Positions 1 through 12,994 of a stretch of DNA of 64,000 nucleotides are shown piece after piece. The translations under genes and the position numbers were made by a program. The notes below the pieces were generated by a model. That model was not told where the DNA came from. It was given only the letters and a program-made list of their open reading frames with translations, and did no database searches. This DNA is from Octopus sinensis (lineage: Eukaryota): assembly GCF_006345805.1 (NCBI RefSeq), contig NW_021834475.1, positions 9,262 through 73,261 of the forward strand, read 5' to 3'. The stretch's first letter is position 1. Each line of letters starts with the position of its first letter.

Positions 1-853
1 AGATTTTAATAAACTTGTGCGTTTCTTTGGCTATCACTACTTTGATCTTTCTTGTTGGGATGCAACCGTATGCCTCAAAAAAATTACCTGCTTGTAAGGT
101 AAGTGACAACACATTTTACCCAGTAGTATGTATTTTGTTTTATATGAAACATTACAAACAACCTTAAATAGATTTCATCCAGTAACCGCCCAGGCTGCAG
201 CTCTATTCGAATTCTTTCAACGTCAATAATACTACATCTAATGTTGGCGTTTTTCGTCCTTGCATTCTTTCATTTGACCAATGCTTTATTTTCAGATGAT
301 GACAAATAATGTGAAATCAAATTTTAATTCGTCAAACTGTATTTTCTATAACATTTTCCATAATTCCCGCCGCCTTTATATTAAACATCGAGACCACTCC
401 ACTTGTCAGTGCTAGCTTTCTGTCCAACATTATTTGAATTTTATTGCATCTGTTTGAACCCTTTCTATCTAATAAAGCAGCAAATATTATTGCAGTTGTT
501 GTTTCATGTTTTGGTACAAGCCCTGCAATTTTTAGGGAGAAGGGGTTAGTCGAAACCATGGACCGCAATACTTGACTTCTAATTGAATTTATCGACCCTG
601 AAGGGATGCAAGGAAAAGTTGACTTCTTACTCCGGGGTTCAGCTTTGCCTCTCACCTTTCTGGGAAGGTAGATTAAAGTACCAGTCGAGTACTAGGGTCG
701 AAAAAATCGGAAAAAATTACTATCATAGTTGTTGTTGTTGTTGTTATTATTATTATTATCATCATCATCATCATCATCATCATTATCATCATCATCATCA
801 TCATTATCATCATTATTATTATATCATTATTATTTTTATTATCATTATTATTA

Positions 854-896
<43 letters not shown>

Positions 897-1005
897 TATT
901 ATCATTATTATTTTTACTGTCATTATTATTATTATTATTATCATTATTTTTTAATTATTATTATTATTATTACTATTATTATTATTATTATTATTATTAT
1001 CATTA

Positions 1006-1046
<41 letters not shown>

Positions 1047-1664
1047 GTCATCATTATTATTATTATTATTATTACTATTATCATCATTATTATTATTATT
1101 ATTATTATTGAGTGAGAGAGCAGTGCATGCCACCAAAGTGATACTGGGGCTAAATATACGAAGCCCAATATACCCATCATGACTACCCGTCTGATAAGGG
1201 TACACGAGGCACATGCATCACAACCATATGTGTGCGACATGGTGATCTCATATCAAGATAAAAAGCACATGACCTTGCAGGTGGGGCCCAGTTAGAATTT
1301 TCTTCTGGTTGAGTAGCCCATCCAGCTCAAAAGGTCCCTGAATTAGGGTTGTTTAAGGATGTTGAAAGACCCACCCATGTTTCCAGAGGTGAATTATTCA
1401 AACCCCAAAGAATCCCTCTAAACACATGGCTATGATGCTCCCCCACTACTTCTGCTCGTGATCAGAGATGCACATATCGTCAGCTACTAAGGGAGTTGCT
1501 CAACTGGTTAAGGTCAAACAACTAACATGCAAATCTGTGGTATTGAGCAGAATATTTGCTGTAGCCCATCTTTCATACCAAGACAAAACAATGTACATGA
1601 TAACACTTCCAATCATTTAAGATCAGAAGCCACGAGAGCCACTGCCTGGTACTGCAAAAGGACA

Positions 1665-1701
<37 letters not shown>

Positions 1702-1745
1702 TTATTATTATCATTTTATTATTATTATTATAATCATTATTATTA

Positions 1746-1776
<31 letters not shown>

Positions 1777-3477
1777 GTTGTTGTTGTTGTTGTCCTTACA
1801 CATCGATGATTTGGTGGATTTGCAAATACATCAATCGCAATTCATTTCCGTATCGAAACACATCTCTTTATTGAAACTTCATTTTGGTGTTCAATAATGT
1901 AAAATATCAATCAAGAACTGTAATATACCCCATCCCTGCAAAACAATATATATTTGAGGCCATACATCTCAATCTTACAAATCATTATTGTAATTGTTGC
2001 TGTTGTTCTTATTGTAGGCCGTGGCTGCTCTGTTACACTATTTCCTTTTGACTTCTCTGATGTGGATGGCAGTCGAAGCACTTCATGTTTTTCTGGCTGC
2101 GGTTGTTGTATTTAAAACATTTCAGTCACATTTTCTGCTGACGAGTTCAATTGTGGCCTGGGGTAAGTAACTGAAACGAGATGTCAGCATGTTGATATAA
2201 AAGGGGGATGAAATATAATATTCATATATACAGGCGTAGGAGTGGCTGTGTGGTAAGTAGCTTGCTTACCAACCACATGGTTCCGGGTTCATTCCTACTG
2301 TGTGGCACCTTGGGCAAGTGTCTTCTACTATAGTCTCGGGCCGACCAAAGCTTTGTGAGTGGGTTTGGTAGACGGAAACTGAAAGAAGCCCATCGTATAT
2401 ATATATATGTGTGTGTGTGTGTGTGGTGTGTGTGTGCGTGTGTGTATGTTTGTGTATCTGTGTTTGTCCACCCCAACATCGTTTGACAACCGATGCTGGT
2501 GTGTTTACGTCCTCGTAACTTAGCGGTTCGGCAAAAAGAGGCCGATAGAAGTACTAGGCTTACAAAAGAATAAGTCCTGGCCTCGATGTGCTCGACTAAA
2601 GGCAGTGCTCCAGCATGGCCGCAGTCAAATGACAGAAACAATTAAAAGAGTAAAAGACAGTATGAAGGTGAAAGTGGAGGATAAAGAACGAGATTGTGAG
2701 GGTTGGCCATTAGGGAAACCCCAAATTACTTTCATCTTCCCGCAAATAGTTTTAGTCTAATCGCGTCAGTAGAAAAAAGCTAAGAGTTATTCATTTTCCA
2801 CTTTCACCCGACGTAACAAGTAATTTTCGAAACGATTAGAAAGAGCGAACTTTTGTTGTCTTTATGCCATTGTGCAAGACTTGCAGTGATTCTTTCTTTA
2901 CGTTTACCCCTGAAACATAGCCGGGATAGAATAGAAGATATTTACTAGTCGTACTTATTTCCAGAAGCGAAAGGAGTAAATGATAAAGCATGACACTTGT
3001 TTGTACATCAAAATAAATATTGACATCTTTTGAACGAGACATTTTTCTGGTCAGCTCAATCGATATAAAAGTTACAGATTTCTCACTAATATCTACATAT
3101 GTTTATTCATTTCGGTAAATGTCGTTGTCAGGTGTTCCAGGTGTGATTGTCATAATTACTCTTGTAATTAACGACACGAACAATTACGTTAGAATTGAAC
3201 AAGTGTAAGTATTTATAGGTTTTATTCAACGAAATTTCTCTGTTCGCCACGGCTAATATTTTGCTTGATTTTTTTATGATATGTGTGTGTACATATATGT
3301 ATATATACATATATATCTTTATATATATATAATAAAAACTTGCTTGGAGGATAAGAAACGACGCGAGGCGCTCAGTCATATAATAACAATTTTAAAATTA
3401 ACAAATAGAACATATGCATACATACATATATGTACATACCTACATCTATATGTATATATACATGCATATATATATTT

Positions 3478-3552
<75 letters not shown>

Positions 3553-3839
3553 TATGAGTACAGGACGCCACAAATAACGTAGAACACAACGAGAAACGAA
3601 AACATAAAAACAAACAAGGAAACGGACTTTTTTTAACAACGAAAAAAACAGAGTACAAGACAAACAACACAAGGAATATTCCCCTTCATCAGCTGCCCCT
3701 GTTTCGACTCAATGCGTGTTTCGAAGGTAAGGGCAGAACACGATCCGGCCGAAGCAGTCCTTCCTGCAAAATGAATTAAAATTCTTTTGCAGAGGGGTAA
3801 AAAAAAGATTATTTTATGATATGTGTGTGTACATATATG

Positions 3840-3913
<74 letters not shown>

Positions 3914-6744
3914 TTAGAGACAAAACCATTATTTAGCAAACACAACAAGGAAAGACTTAATCAATACATAAAATTTTAATAAAAAGTAAAAAAACCGCCA
4001 CTACAATTGTTTCATGTCTAATGACAATCTTCAGGTGGATTTCCGATCTAAAATATCAATATATTAAAATATAAGTTTAAAATAATTTTAAAATAATAAA
4101 AAATATAAATATATAATCTATATATAACCTATATATAATCCATATATAATCAATATATAATCTAAAATAAACCCTATCAACAATTAAATATAAAACAAAA
4201 TAAAAATAAACTATATATACACACATACGCATACACTTATAACTAAGTATATATAACCATATCTAAATACATACACTAACTCACACACCTATATATATAT
4301 CCCTATACATACACATAAAAACGTCTAGGCAACGATAAATAAATAAAATAGCCAAATACTTCAACACATTACTTATTCATACTCCCTCACACACACATAC
4401 AACCCACATACATAAACAATATACATATACCCGCTCACACATACATATACATACATACAGAACTCGATATATACTCCAATATATTCACACCCACATCTAT
4501 ACAGATAAATAAATTACGCAAACAATCACACACACACACACATACATTCACATATACATAAACACTCAAAAGAAAAATAAACAATTATTTACACGTGGTG
4601 ATCGAACGTATTTTAAAAAATTATGAATGGAATAATATATAATCAACGTAAATTTAATCCAAATCATCAATAAACCATCATGATAAATGAAACCCATATA
4701 AACATATAATGATAAAACTCCCTTTAACCATACACAATAATACCTATATAACAATCTCCATATATACATTCACACACAAATACATATACGTAAAACACAC
4801 ACACACAACATATACTTATACCCCCTCACATATACATATACATACGTAATAAACTCGATATATACAACAATATGTTCACACCCACACTCATACAGATAAA
4901 TAAATTACACAACCAAAATACGCACACACACACACATTCACACATACATAAACACTCAAAATAAAAACAACATTACTACACATAATACGATATAGAAAAT
5001 ACTCAATAATTAACCAGAATATCATAAGTATCAAGATTAACATAAGGAGAAAAAATATATACATACTTTCAAATCAGTTTCAATTTATGAAGTGAAATTA
5101 AACTCTAGCCGTTATAACGTCAAACAAAAGTACGTTTACCATAGGAACCTAACATATGTATAAAAAGTCTTCGCGCTATGTAAAACGTCATTTAAAATTA
5201 TGAATGGAATATATGGAATTAAAAATCCTTTTCGCGTGGTAAACGGACATTACTTAAAAATTATGAATGGAATAATGTAATAAAATATCAAACATCTTAA
5301 ATATACAGAAATTACTACAAATTCTTTAATAAAACTACCATGATAAACGAAAACTCATAAATACATATAGTGATAAAACCTCCCTTTACTAAACACTATA
5401 ACATACCTATATAGCAATCCCCCTAACCTACACATTCACACACAAATACGCACACTTAAACCAACACACACACAACATATACTAATACCCACACACTCAC
5501 ACATACCTATACATACATATAAACCTCAATATATACACCAAAATTCACTCCCACACCATACAGATAAATAAAACCATAAAACAACTCATCCCAAATAATC
5601 ACCAATATCCATCATAATATTCCTCAAATATAATAAATATACTTAATAAAAAAACATAATGAAATAAATAAATAAGTAAATAAAATAAAATAAATCTAAT
5701 ATAAATTATTAAAGTTTTAACGTACCATAAACTGTTATATATTAATATACATTAAACATGAACTAATTAAAACAAAGAAATATCAATTAAAGACTAACTA
5801 TAATTAAAGCCTAAACTACATAACTAAAGATATATAATACTCTAAACTAAATTTAATATTAAACTAAAGTAACCTTTAATAGGGAACTATTATTGTTATT
5901 TATCATGAAACTTATTATATAGGTAAAGTAACCTATGTCTGCATTTTATTTTGCGCTCTTCACCTGTATTAAGTAAATTATCATACTTATAAAATAAAAT
6001 TTCTTTAAACTCATTAGAGCATAAATAACAACAATTCGCTCCTATAGTATATGATTTAGTTTTACAAATTATTTCCCAAATTAAACTATAATTAATATTT
6101 TGTGATTTAAGTCTCCAAATGTACTTACTAAGTCCAGTTGAGCTGATTAAGTTTTTATTTTTAAAAGAATTCATATGTTGTGCGATTCTTAATTTTATTT
6201 TTGAGGAAGTAGACCCTATATAAACCGCTTTTGGGTAATTATTATTCTTAAAGTTATTATCATGTAATGTAACTATACATTTATACACTACATCGTTAAT
6301 ATCACAATTATTATTTAATAAACATTTAGATTTATCTCTACAAGTACAATTAATATAAGTCTTATCATTATTATTATTATTATCAAATAATTTATTTTTA
6401 TAAAAATAATTCAGTTTAAATTTATTAAATGAAGAAATAATGTTACTACATTATTAGTGGTGGAATAACCTACTCCAAAATTATTACTAGAGAAAATGTT
6501 TCTATATTTACGATTATCTCTAATAAATAGTTCTATAACATCTAAAATCTCTTAAAAAATATATATATATATAATAAAATCTCTTAAAATATATATATAT
6601 ATATATAATAAAAACTTACTGGAGGATAAGAAACGACGCGAGGCGCTCAGTCATATAATAACAATTTTAAAATTTAACAAATAGAACATAAATACATACA
6701 TATATGTACATACCTACATCTATGTATATATACATGTATATATA

Positions 6745-6811
<67 letters not shown>

Positions 6812-7740
6812 TACAGGACGCCACAAAAACGTAGAACACAACGAGAAACGAAAACATAAAAACAAACAAGGGAACGGACTTTTTTTAACAACAAAAAAAC
6901 AGAGACAACAAACAACACAAGGAATATTCCCGTTCATCAGCTGCCCCTGTTTCGACTCAATGCGTGTTTCGAAGGTAAGGGCAGAACACGATCCGGCCGA
7001 AGCAGTCCTTCCTGCAAAATGAATTAAAATTCTTTTGCAGAGGGGTAAAAAAAAAGAGAAAAAAGTGACAAGAACAGGACAAAAACAGGACAAGGAAGCC
7101 AACAGGACAAAAACAAGACAAGGACAAAAACAGGACAAGGAAACCAACATTGAGGGCTTTTTAAAGCCTAGATGGTGAAAAAATTCGTTGGAGTGCAATG
7201 GTCATTTTATTATTTTTCCGGACAATGGACAGGTGTGAAAATAATTAAATTAACAGTTATAAACTAGTGAAGAAAAATAATAGTGTGTGTATTTGCCAAA
7301 AAAAAAACAAAATAAATAAAATGACCATCCCGGAGGACAACAATATCCGTTTCAACACACGATTTCACATCAAGACTCTTGCAAAACTAATTGATATATA
7401 TATATATATTATTTATTGACCCCTTCGGTCATGAATGACCATGGGATTGCACCTAGAAAGTTACCCTCCTAGACACAAGTCCGGGCAAGGTTGTTTATGG
7501 AAGACCAGCAGTCGCCCATGCATACCAGCCTCCCCTCTCCACGCCACCAGTGTTATCCAAGGGAAAGACAAAGGTCGATACAGCTTGGCACCAGTGACGT
7601 CGCAACTCATTTCTACAGCTGAGTGAACTGGAGCAACGTGAAATAAAGTGCTTTGCTCAAGAACAAACACACAGCCCGGTCCGGGATTCGAGCTCACAAC
7701 CTCACGATCGTAAGCTCGACGCTCTGACCACTGAGCCATG

Positions 7741-7771
<31 letters not shown>

Positions 7772-7901
7772 TTTACAAATATATATGCGTGTGTGTGTGT
7801 GTGTGTGCGTGTCTGTGTGTGTGTGAGTGTGTGTGTGGCGTGTGTGTGTGCGTGTGTGTGTGTGTGCGTGTGTGTGTGCATGTGTGTGTGTGTGTGTGTG
7901 C

Positions 7902-7934
<33 letters not shown>

Positions 7935-8188
7935 CGTGTGCTTGTGTGTATGTGTGTGTGTATGTGTGTGTGTGTGCGTATGTGGTGTGTGGTGTGCGTG
8001 TTGTGTGTGTGTGTGTGTGGTGTGTGTGCATGTGTTGTGTGTGTGGTGTGTGTTGTGTGGTGTGTGTGTGTGTGTGTGCGTGGTGTGTGGCGCGCGTGTG
8101 TGTGCGTATGTGTGCATGTGTGTGTTGTGTGTGTGTGTGCGTGCGCGTGTGTGTGTGTGTGTGCGTGTGTGTGCGTGTGTGTGTGTGC

Positions 8189-8223
<35 letters not shown>

Positions 8224-8759
8224 TGTGTGTGTGTGTGCGTGTGTTCTGAAGGATAGTGATGTCTTCCAGTGTCTTCCTACTGAAACATTCGATAAGTATG
8301 CCTTTTGTGAATGTACAAAACATTTGATTCAATTCCCTTTCTTAATTCCCTTTTCTATCTCTTTCTAGCTGTTGGTTAACCAAGGGACCTTTCTATGCCG
8401 CTTTCCTGGCTCCCGTGGCCATCATCCTCCTCTTCAACCTTACCATGTTCTTCCTCGTCATCTTACGACTCATCTCAATGCAAAGGGACAAACACTTCCA
8501 ACACAAAACAAGAAAACCACGTATTTTGGGTATCGTTGGTTTGATTTCCCTGTTTGGGTTGTCCTGGGTCTTAGCATTCCTCGCTTTTGGCGAAGCAGCT
8601 CAAGTGTTTCAATTACTCTTCGCTATCTTCAATACCCTTCAAGGAATGTTTATTTTCATATTCTACTGTATATGCAAGAAAGATGCCAGAGATGTCATTT
8701 GTCCGTGTTTACGTAAAGGAAAGAAACAAAACGCCAGAAATCGTGTAGAACCAATACAA
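1..8759 (+). CDS. Second aGPCR copy: TM2 (1-98, truncated by window edge), TM3 (2018-2162), TM4 (3132-3204) and TM5-7 (8369-8759) exons
   Basis: Reverse complement of the minus-strand exons with intact splice sites. The TM2, TM3 and TM4 portions appear identical to the other copy; the TM5-7 exon differs by three substitutions. Confidence 0.88.
1110..1664. mobile_element. ~550-bp non-coding interspersed repeat embedded in (AAT)n; mirror at 38148-38702
   Basis: A diverged independent copy lies at 15465-15991; all three copies are flanked on both sides by (AAT/ATT)n. Confidence 0.7.
2232..2660 (+). mobile_element. tRNA-derived SINE, major family (mirror at ~37150-37583, minus)
   Basis: A-box-like TGGCTGTGTGGTAAG, B-box-like GGTTCA.TCC, internal microsatellite, (taaaagag) tail; about ten copies in the window. 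Confidence 0.8.
3998..4038 (-). ncRNA. Type-I hammerhead ribozyme motif (family A), downstream of the PLE ORF
   Basis: Minus strand reads CCAC-CUGAAGA-U UGUC AUUA GACA U-GAAAC AAUU GUA-GUGG: stem I CCAC/GUGG, full core, palindromic stem III. Confidence 0.75.
5896..6551 (-). mobile_element. Mirror copy of the Penelope-like GIY-YIG ORF (1-nt deletion in the linker relative to the right-arm copy)
   Basis: Same sequence as 33230-33886 except GTAGTAAC vs GTAGGTAAC. Confidence 0.82.
7780..8245. repeat. Long interrupted (TG)n tract (mirror ~31530-31995)
   Basis: Direct reading; source of the VCVC/HTHT pseudo-ORFs. Confidence 0.9.
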
Positions 8760-9051
8760 GTAAGTGAAATCTCGTCATTTCTATCATACCACCACCACCA
8801 CCACAGCCAGGGCCAATCGGTCATTATGGGTCTAATCACAAACACCACTTCTACCAACAAAACCATTGACTATACCATCGTTTTCAGGACAGGATAGACA
8901 TCGTAATAAATACCAACTCTACAGATGTCATCATCATCATCACCATCGTCATCATCTGTATGTATGTATACACAAACATATACATACATATATATATATA
9001 TATATATTATGTATTTATATATATTATATAATATATATATATATATGTATG

Positions 9052-9122
<71 letters not shown>

Positions 9123-9582
9123 GATTAATGACCACTTGACACTGACCTAGTTTCTCTCACCAAATAGTAGTAATTGGCATTTGTTAGTGGCAATTGCTGT
9201 CTTCAACATGAATTCCTTTTATGGTATTCTGAAACCTCTTTTACTCCATTTCTACAATTAAAAACTCTTTATTACTTCTAACCTTATAGCAGTTAGGAAG
9301 AGCCATATCTTGGTCAGTCAGTGGAAGGACTTCACTACCTTATATGTTCTTAAAATTTAAATCTACCTTCTCTATAATGTCTGTATATCTACCTTCTCTA
9401 TAATTTGCCACTTAATTTCAAAACTCTTGTATTAAAGGAAAACCTCTATAATTGGCTGATGAGTACTCAGCATCTTAAATCTGTTGTAATACTTACAACA
9501 TTTAATAAAATGATGTAGTGCGAAACAATTGTACCAAATTACCGGAGTCATTCTTGTTGCTTATTTTGAGTATATATATATG

Positions 9583-9621
<39 letters not shown>

Positions 9622-9623
9622 TA

Positions 9624-9723
<100 letters not shown>

Positions 9724-9759
9724 CGTTCATTTCTATATACATACCTAAAGTGACAGAGG

Positions 9760-10075
9760 TTGGCGCATGGCTTAGCAGTTAGGACATTCGGCTACGATCT
9801 TAAGGTTGTGGGTTCAATTCCCAGCGACGCGTTTTGATCTTGAGCAAGACACTTTATTTCATGTTGCTGGGCAAAAGTGAGTTGTACCTGCATTTCTTAG
9901 GGACTAACCATGTTAAATTCTGTGTCACACTGAAACTTCCTGACAAATACATCCGGGTTACATATGCCTATGGATTACTCACCCACGTGAGCGCTAATTT
10001 CCCGAGTAGACTGTTCCGTTGATCAAATAAACTGGAACGTTCGTTGTCGTAACCGATGGAGTGCCACAGATGGTG
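9760..10075 (+). mobile_element. tRNA-derived SINE (mirror ~29755-30055; related copy ~42108-42480)
   Basis: TGGCTTAGCAGTTAGG..GGTTCAATTCCC head; shared 3' part ctgttccgttgatc..cgtcgtaaccga.ggagtgc. Confidence 0.7.
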
Positions 10076-11778
10076 ACAGAGAGACAGACAGAAGAGAGGG
10101 AGCGAGAGAAAGAGACAGACAGACAGAGCGAAGCAAGTTATGGATTGATAGATGTTTGTGAAATGTACATGTTGCCATGGATACGTCCATGTAGAATATA
10201 CATATTGCCAAAGATAGGCATAGCGAAAAATACATATTACTATAGATAAATCTATATAAAATTTAAATACTGCCATAGGTAGGACCATGTCTACACTCTG
10301 CCACGGATAGATCTACGTAAAACATACATCCACAGAACAGAACTAAGAATTCTCTCATATATTCTCTCTCAACTTGTCCAGTTTTTCTGGAAGATATTCC
10401 TGAACCAATATTGCCAATATTTCACGACATAATCCTGATAATTAAATTCTCGCCATTAGTTTTCTGTAATTAATGTTTTCAATATAAATTGCGTTGGTCA
10501 TCCATGATTCTTCGGTAATTCATATCTTTAATGTATGGAAAACAGTAGATGACAGATGGGATTATAGGATTATTTATAAGATATAAGGGCCAGGGAGATT
10601 TTACTTTAAAAAATAACATAAATTTTCTCATTGTTTTCCAGACTTCAGAAAATTCCAGAACAGCAGAAACGAATGCATAAATGGAAATATAAAAGCAAAA
10701 ATCTGTAAATTGACAGAATAAAGAAACATTGATGAGAATAATAACGACGATAATCCACCAAATATATAATCTACTTGGATTATAAGAATTAAAACATTAA
10801 TGGTAGATGAAAACTTGCAAATTAACATTCCTCAAAACCGTCAGATCATGAAAGGACCAGTTGAAAGTAATGACAAAAATTATATAAAATAGTAGAAAGC
10901 AGCGGAAATTCTGTAGGTTTCTCTACTAAACATAGTTACATATAAACAATTTTCTCAATTCATACTGTTCCTTCCAAAAATATTTTCCGTTTTAGAAGAA
11001 GAAGCCCAGTAATTGAAAAGAGCCAATATATATTTTTTTCATTAATAACTGTTGCTTAAATTAAAATACACATCGGAACATAATTAATGAAAACAACTGA
11101 TTCAGTTTTCCGGGGTTGAAGTTTCATTTGTTTGTACATCGTTTCACTTCGCACCGTTTTTACGATTTCTTATTGCACTCGTAAGGAAAAGTATATTTTC
11201 TGGGCTAAGTATTTCATTTAAATAAAAGAATACTTCGTTTTTGGATTTGGTTTGCATTTAAATAAAATAATACTGAGATGCAGTACGGAGTTTTGTCAGT
11301 GGAGAGGTCGCGGATTTTAGCGACGAAAATATTTTGACAAATAAACTTAAATGTTGAAGTGAATCGAACGGCTTTTGTGCTTTCTTAAATGGCTTACAAA
11401 CACCTTCCACGCTGCATTTGTTTTCGTTCAAGCACACGATCTCAGATCATATCACTTGCTATGCAAGTACATTCTCCGTAAAAAACTGTTTATTTAATAA
11501 ATGAGAAACATTATCGTCAGTAAAATGTTTCTCCTTCCAAATGAAGTTTCTGGCGCATGACACGGAAAGTAATGAACGAAAGTATACTTATATAAAAATA
11601 AAGATTTTATCAACAACGCAGTCATCACTATGATGGGATAGATACATTAACATCAGAACAGAATATACATACATACATGAAAGAATGTGTATAACATTCA
11701 GGATATGTATATTTGTATAACCTATGATGGTTGGTGATTTTTTTCCTCTGTCTTCCTTCTCTGGATCTTTCCTTCTAT

Positions 11779-11813
11779 GTTTCCGACGAAGAGCTCAGCT
11801 CGAAACGTTGAAC
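11779..11813 (+). ncRNA. Minimal type-I hammerhead motif (family B) in a short (TA)n-anchored repeat (~11730-11884)
   Basis: GUUU-CCGACGA-A GAGC UCA GCUC-GAAAC GUU-GAAC; ACGU palindromic stem III; U4-to-C core variant. Confidence 0.65.
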
Positions 11814-11880
11814 CCTCCTTTTTCCTTCTTTCTTGAGCGTCCAGTAATACTATGTTTTTTTTGTGCTTTCTTGTTTGGAT

Positions 11881-11931
<51 letters not shown>

Positions 11932-12035
11932 TAATATGATTTAATCCAAACAAGAAAGCACAAAAACACAACAACGCGAGGACGTGGAACAAATATAGTA
12001 TTATTGGACGCTCAGGAAAGAAGGAAAGAAGGAGG

Positions 12036-12070
12036 GATTAACGTTTCGAGCGGAGCTCCTCGTCGGAAAC
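12036..12070 (-). ncRNA. Minimal hammerhead motif (family B) in element ~11941-12108, tail-to-tail with the previous copy
   Basis: GUUU-CCGACGA-G GAGC UCC GCUC-GAAAC GUU-AAUC; stem I has one mismatch. Confidence 0.55.
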
Positions 12071-12348
12071 ATAGGAGATGGAAAGATCCAGAGGTGGGAA
12101 TATATATATATATATATATATGTAAAAGTTCCAAAACAAGGAAATATGCTCCTCTTGTAGTGATGTGAAACATCAAATTTGCACTGGTTAACTGTACAAT
12201 GCCCAATATATAATATTTAGCAGAGACATTTCTTCAATATAAATCAATAAGTATTCACAATAGACAGCGATAAAAGGAAAAGGGTGGGTTCAAATTGGCA
12301 TATGTTAATTTATGAACATATACCAGTTTGATCTCTCCAATTTGCTCT

Positions 12349-12389
<41 letters not shown>

Positions 12390-12523
12390 AGCAAATTGGA
12401 GAGATCAAACTGTTATATGTTCATAAATTAACATATTATATATATATATATATTTTTTATTTATTATTATTATTTTTTTATTTTTTATTTATTTAATATA
12501 TTTTAAATAAATAAAATAAAATA

Positions 12524-12558
<35 letters not shown>

Positions 12559-12765
12559 AAATTTTATAAGTTTAAATTATTTAAATAATATTTTAAATTT
12601 TAACTTTAGTTTAAAAATTTTAATTTGGAATTTTATATTTTATATTTTATATTTTTTAGATATTCTTTAAAAATTTATTTCTATGTATTGGCTTATGATT
12701 TTCACTGTTTGATTTGCCTAACAGAGGTTTTATATCTAATTTAAAATAAATATATATATTATATA

Positions 12766-12801
<36 letters not shown>

Positions 12802-12994
12802 CATTATATAAAAGGGCTTAGTAAAATAATTCTTTGGGCCGCATACTGACCTCATTAGAAATATTAGCTAAAAAAACTTTTTTAAAAACTATTTCTAATA
12901 CTTAAAGAAAAACCTCTCTCTCTATAGTGTTTTGCTCAATTCAACCCACGAAAGTATGGGGGTAGAGACATTAAAAATCAAATGCAAGGTTATT

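Larger units (their letters stand above)
3330..7055 (-). repeat. ~470-bp direct repeats (3330-3810 and 6608-7055) bracketing the PLE ORF and its long 3' trailer; mirrored at ~32720-36450
   Basis: Both copies read aaaaacttgc/acttggaggataagaaacgacgcgaggcgc...gcagaggggtaaaaaaaa. Confidence 0.8.

Noticed and set aside
583-1240. Poly-I/Y/N/H/S ORFs here and at 3281-3929, 7694-8368, 15949-17397, 31394-32125, 38572-39233, 52084-52594
   Set aside because: Translations of (ATT)n, (TA)n, (TG)n, (GATA)n and (TTC/CTA)n tracts, open in several frames on both strands.
5896-6288. GIY-YIG ORF as a horizontally acquired homing endonuclease or host gene
   Set aside because: The upstream frame continues into a PLE-type thumb and Cys linker, and a hammerhead follows, which fits a truncated Penelope-like element better.
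10279-10430. Candidate terminal GPCR exon (VGPCLHSATDRST* or DHVYTLPRIDLRK..)
   Set aside because: Poor polypyrimidine tract, no recognisable homology, and indels between the arms in the longer frame.
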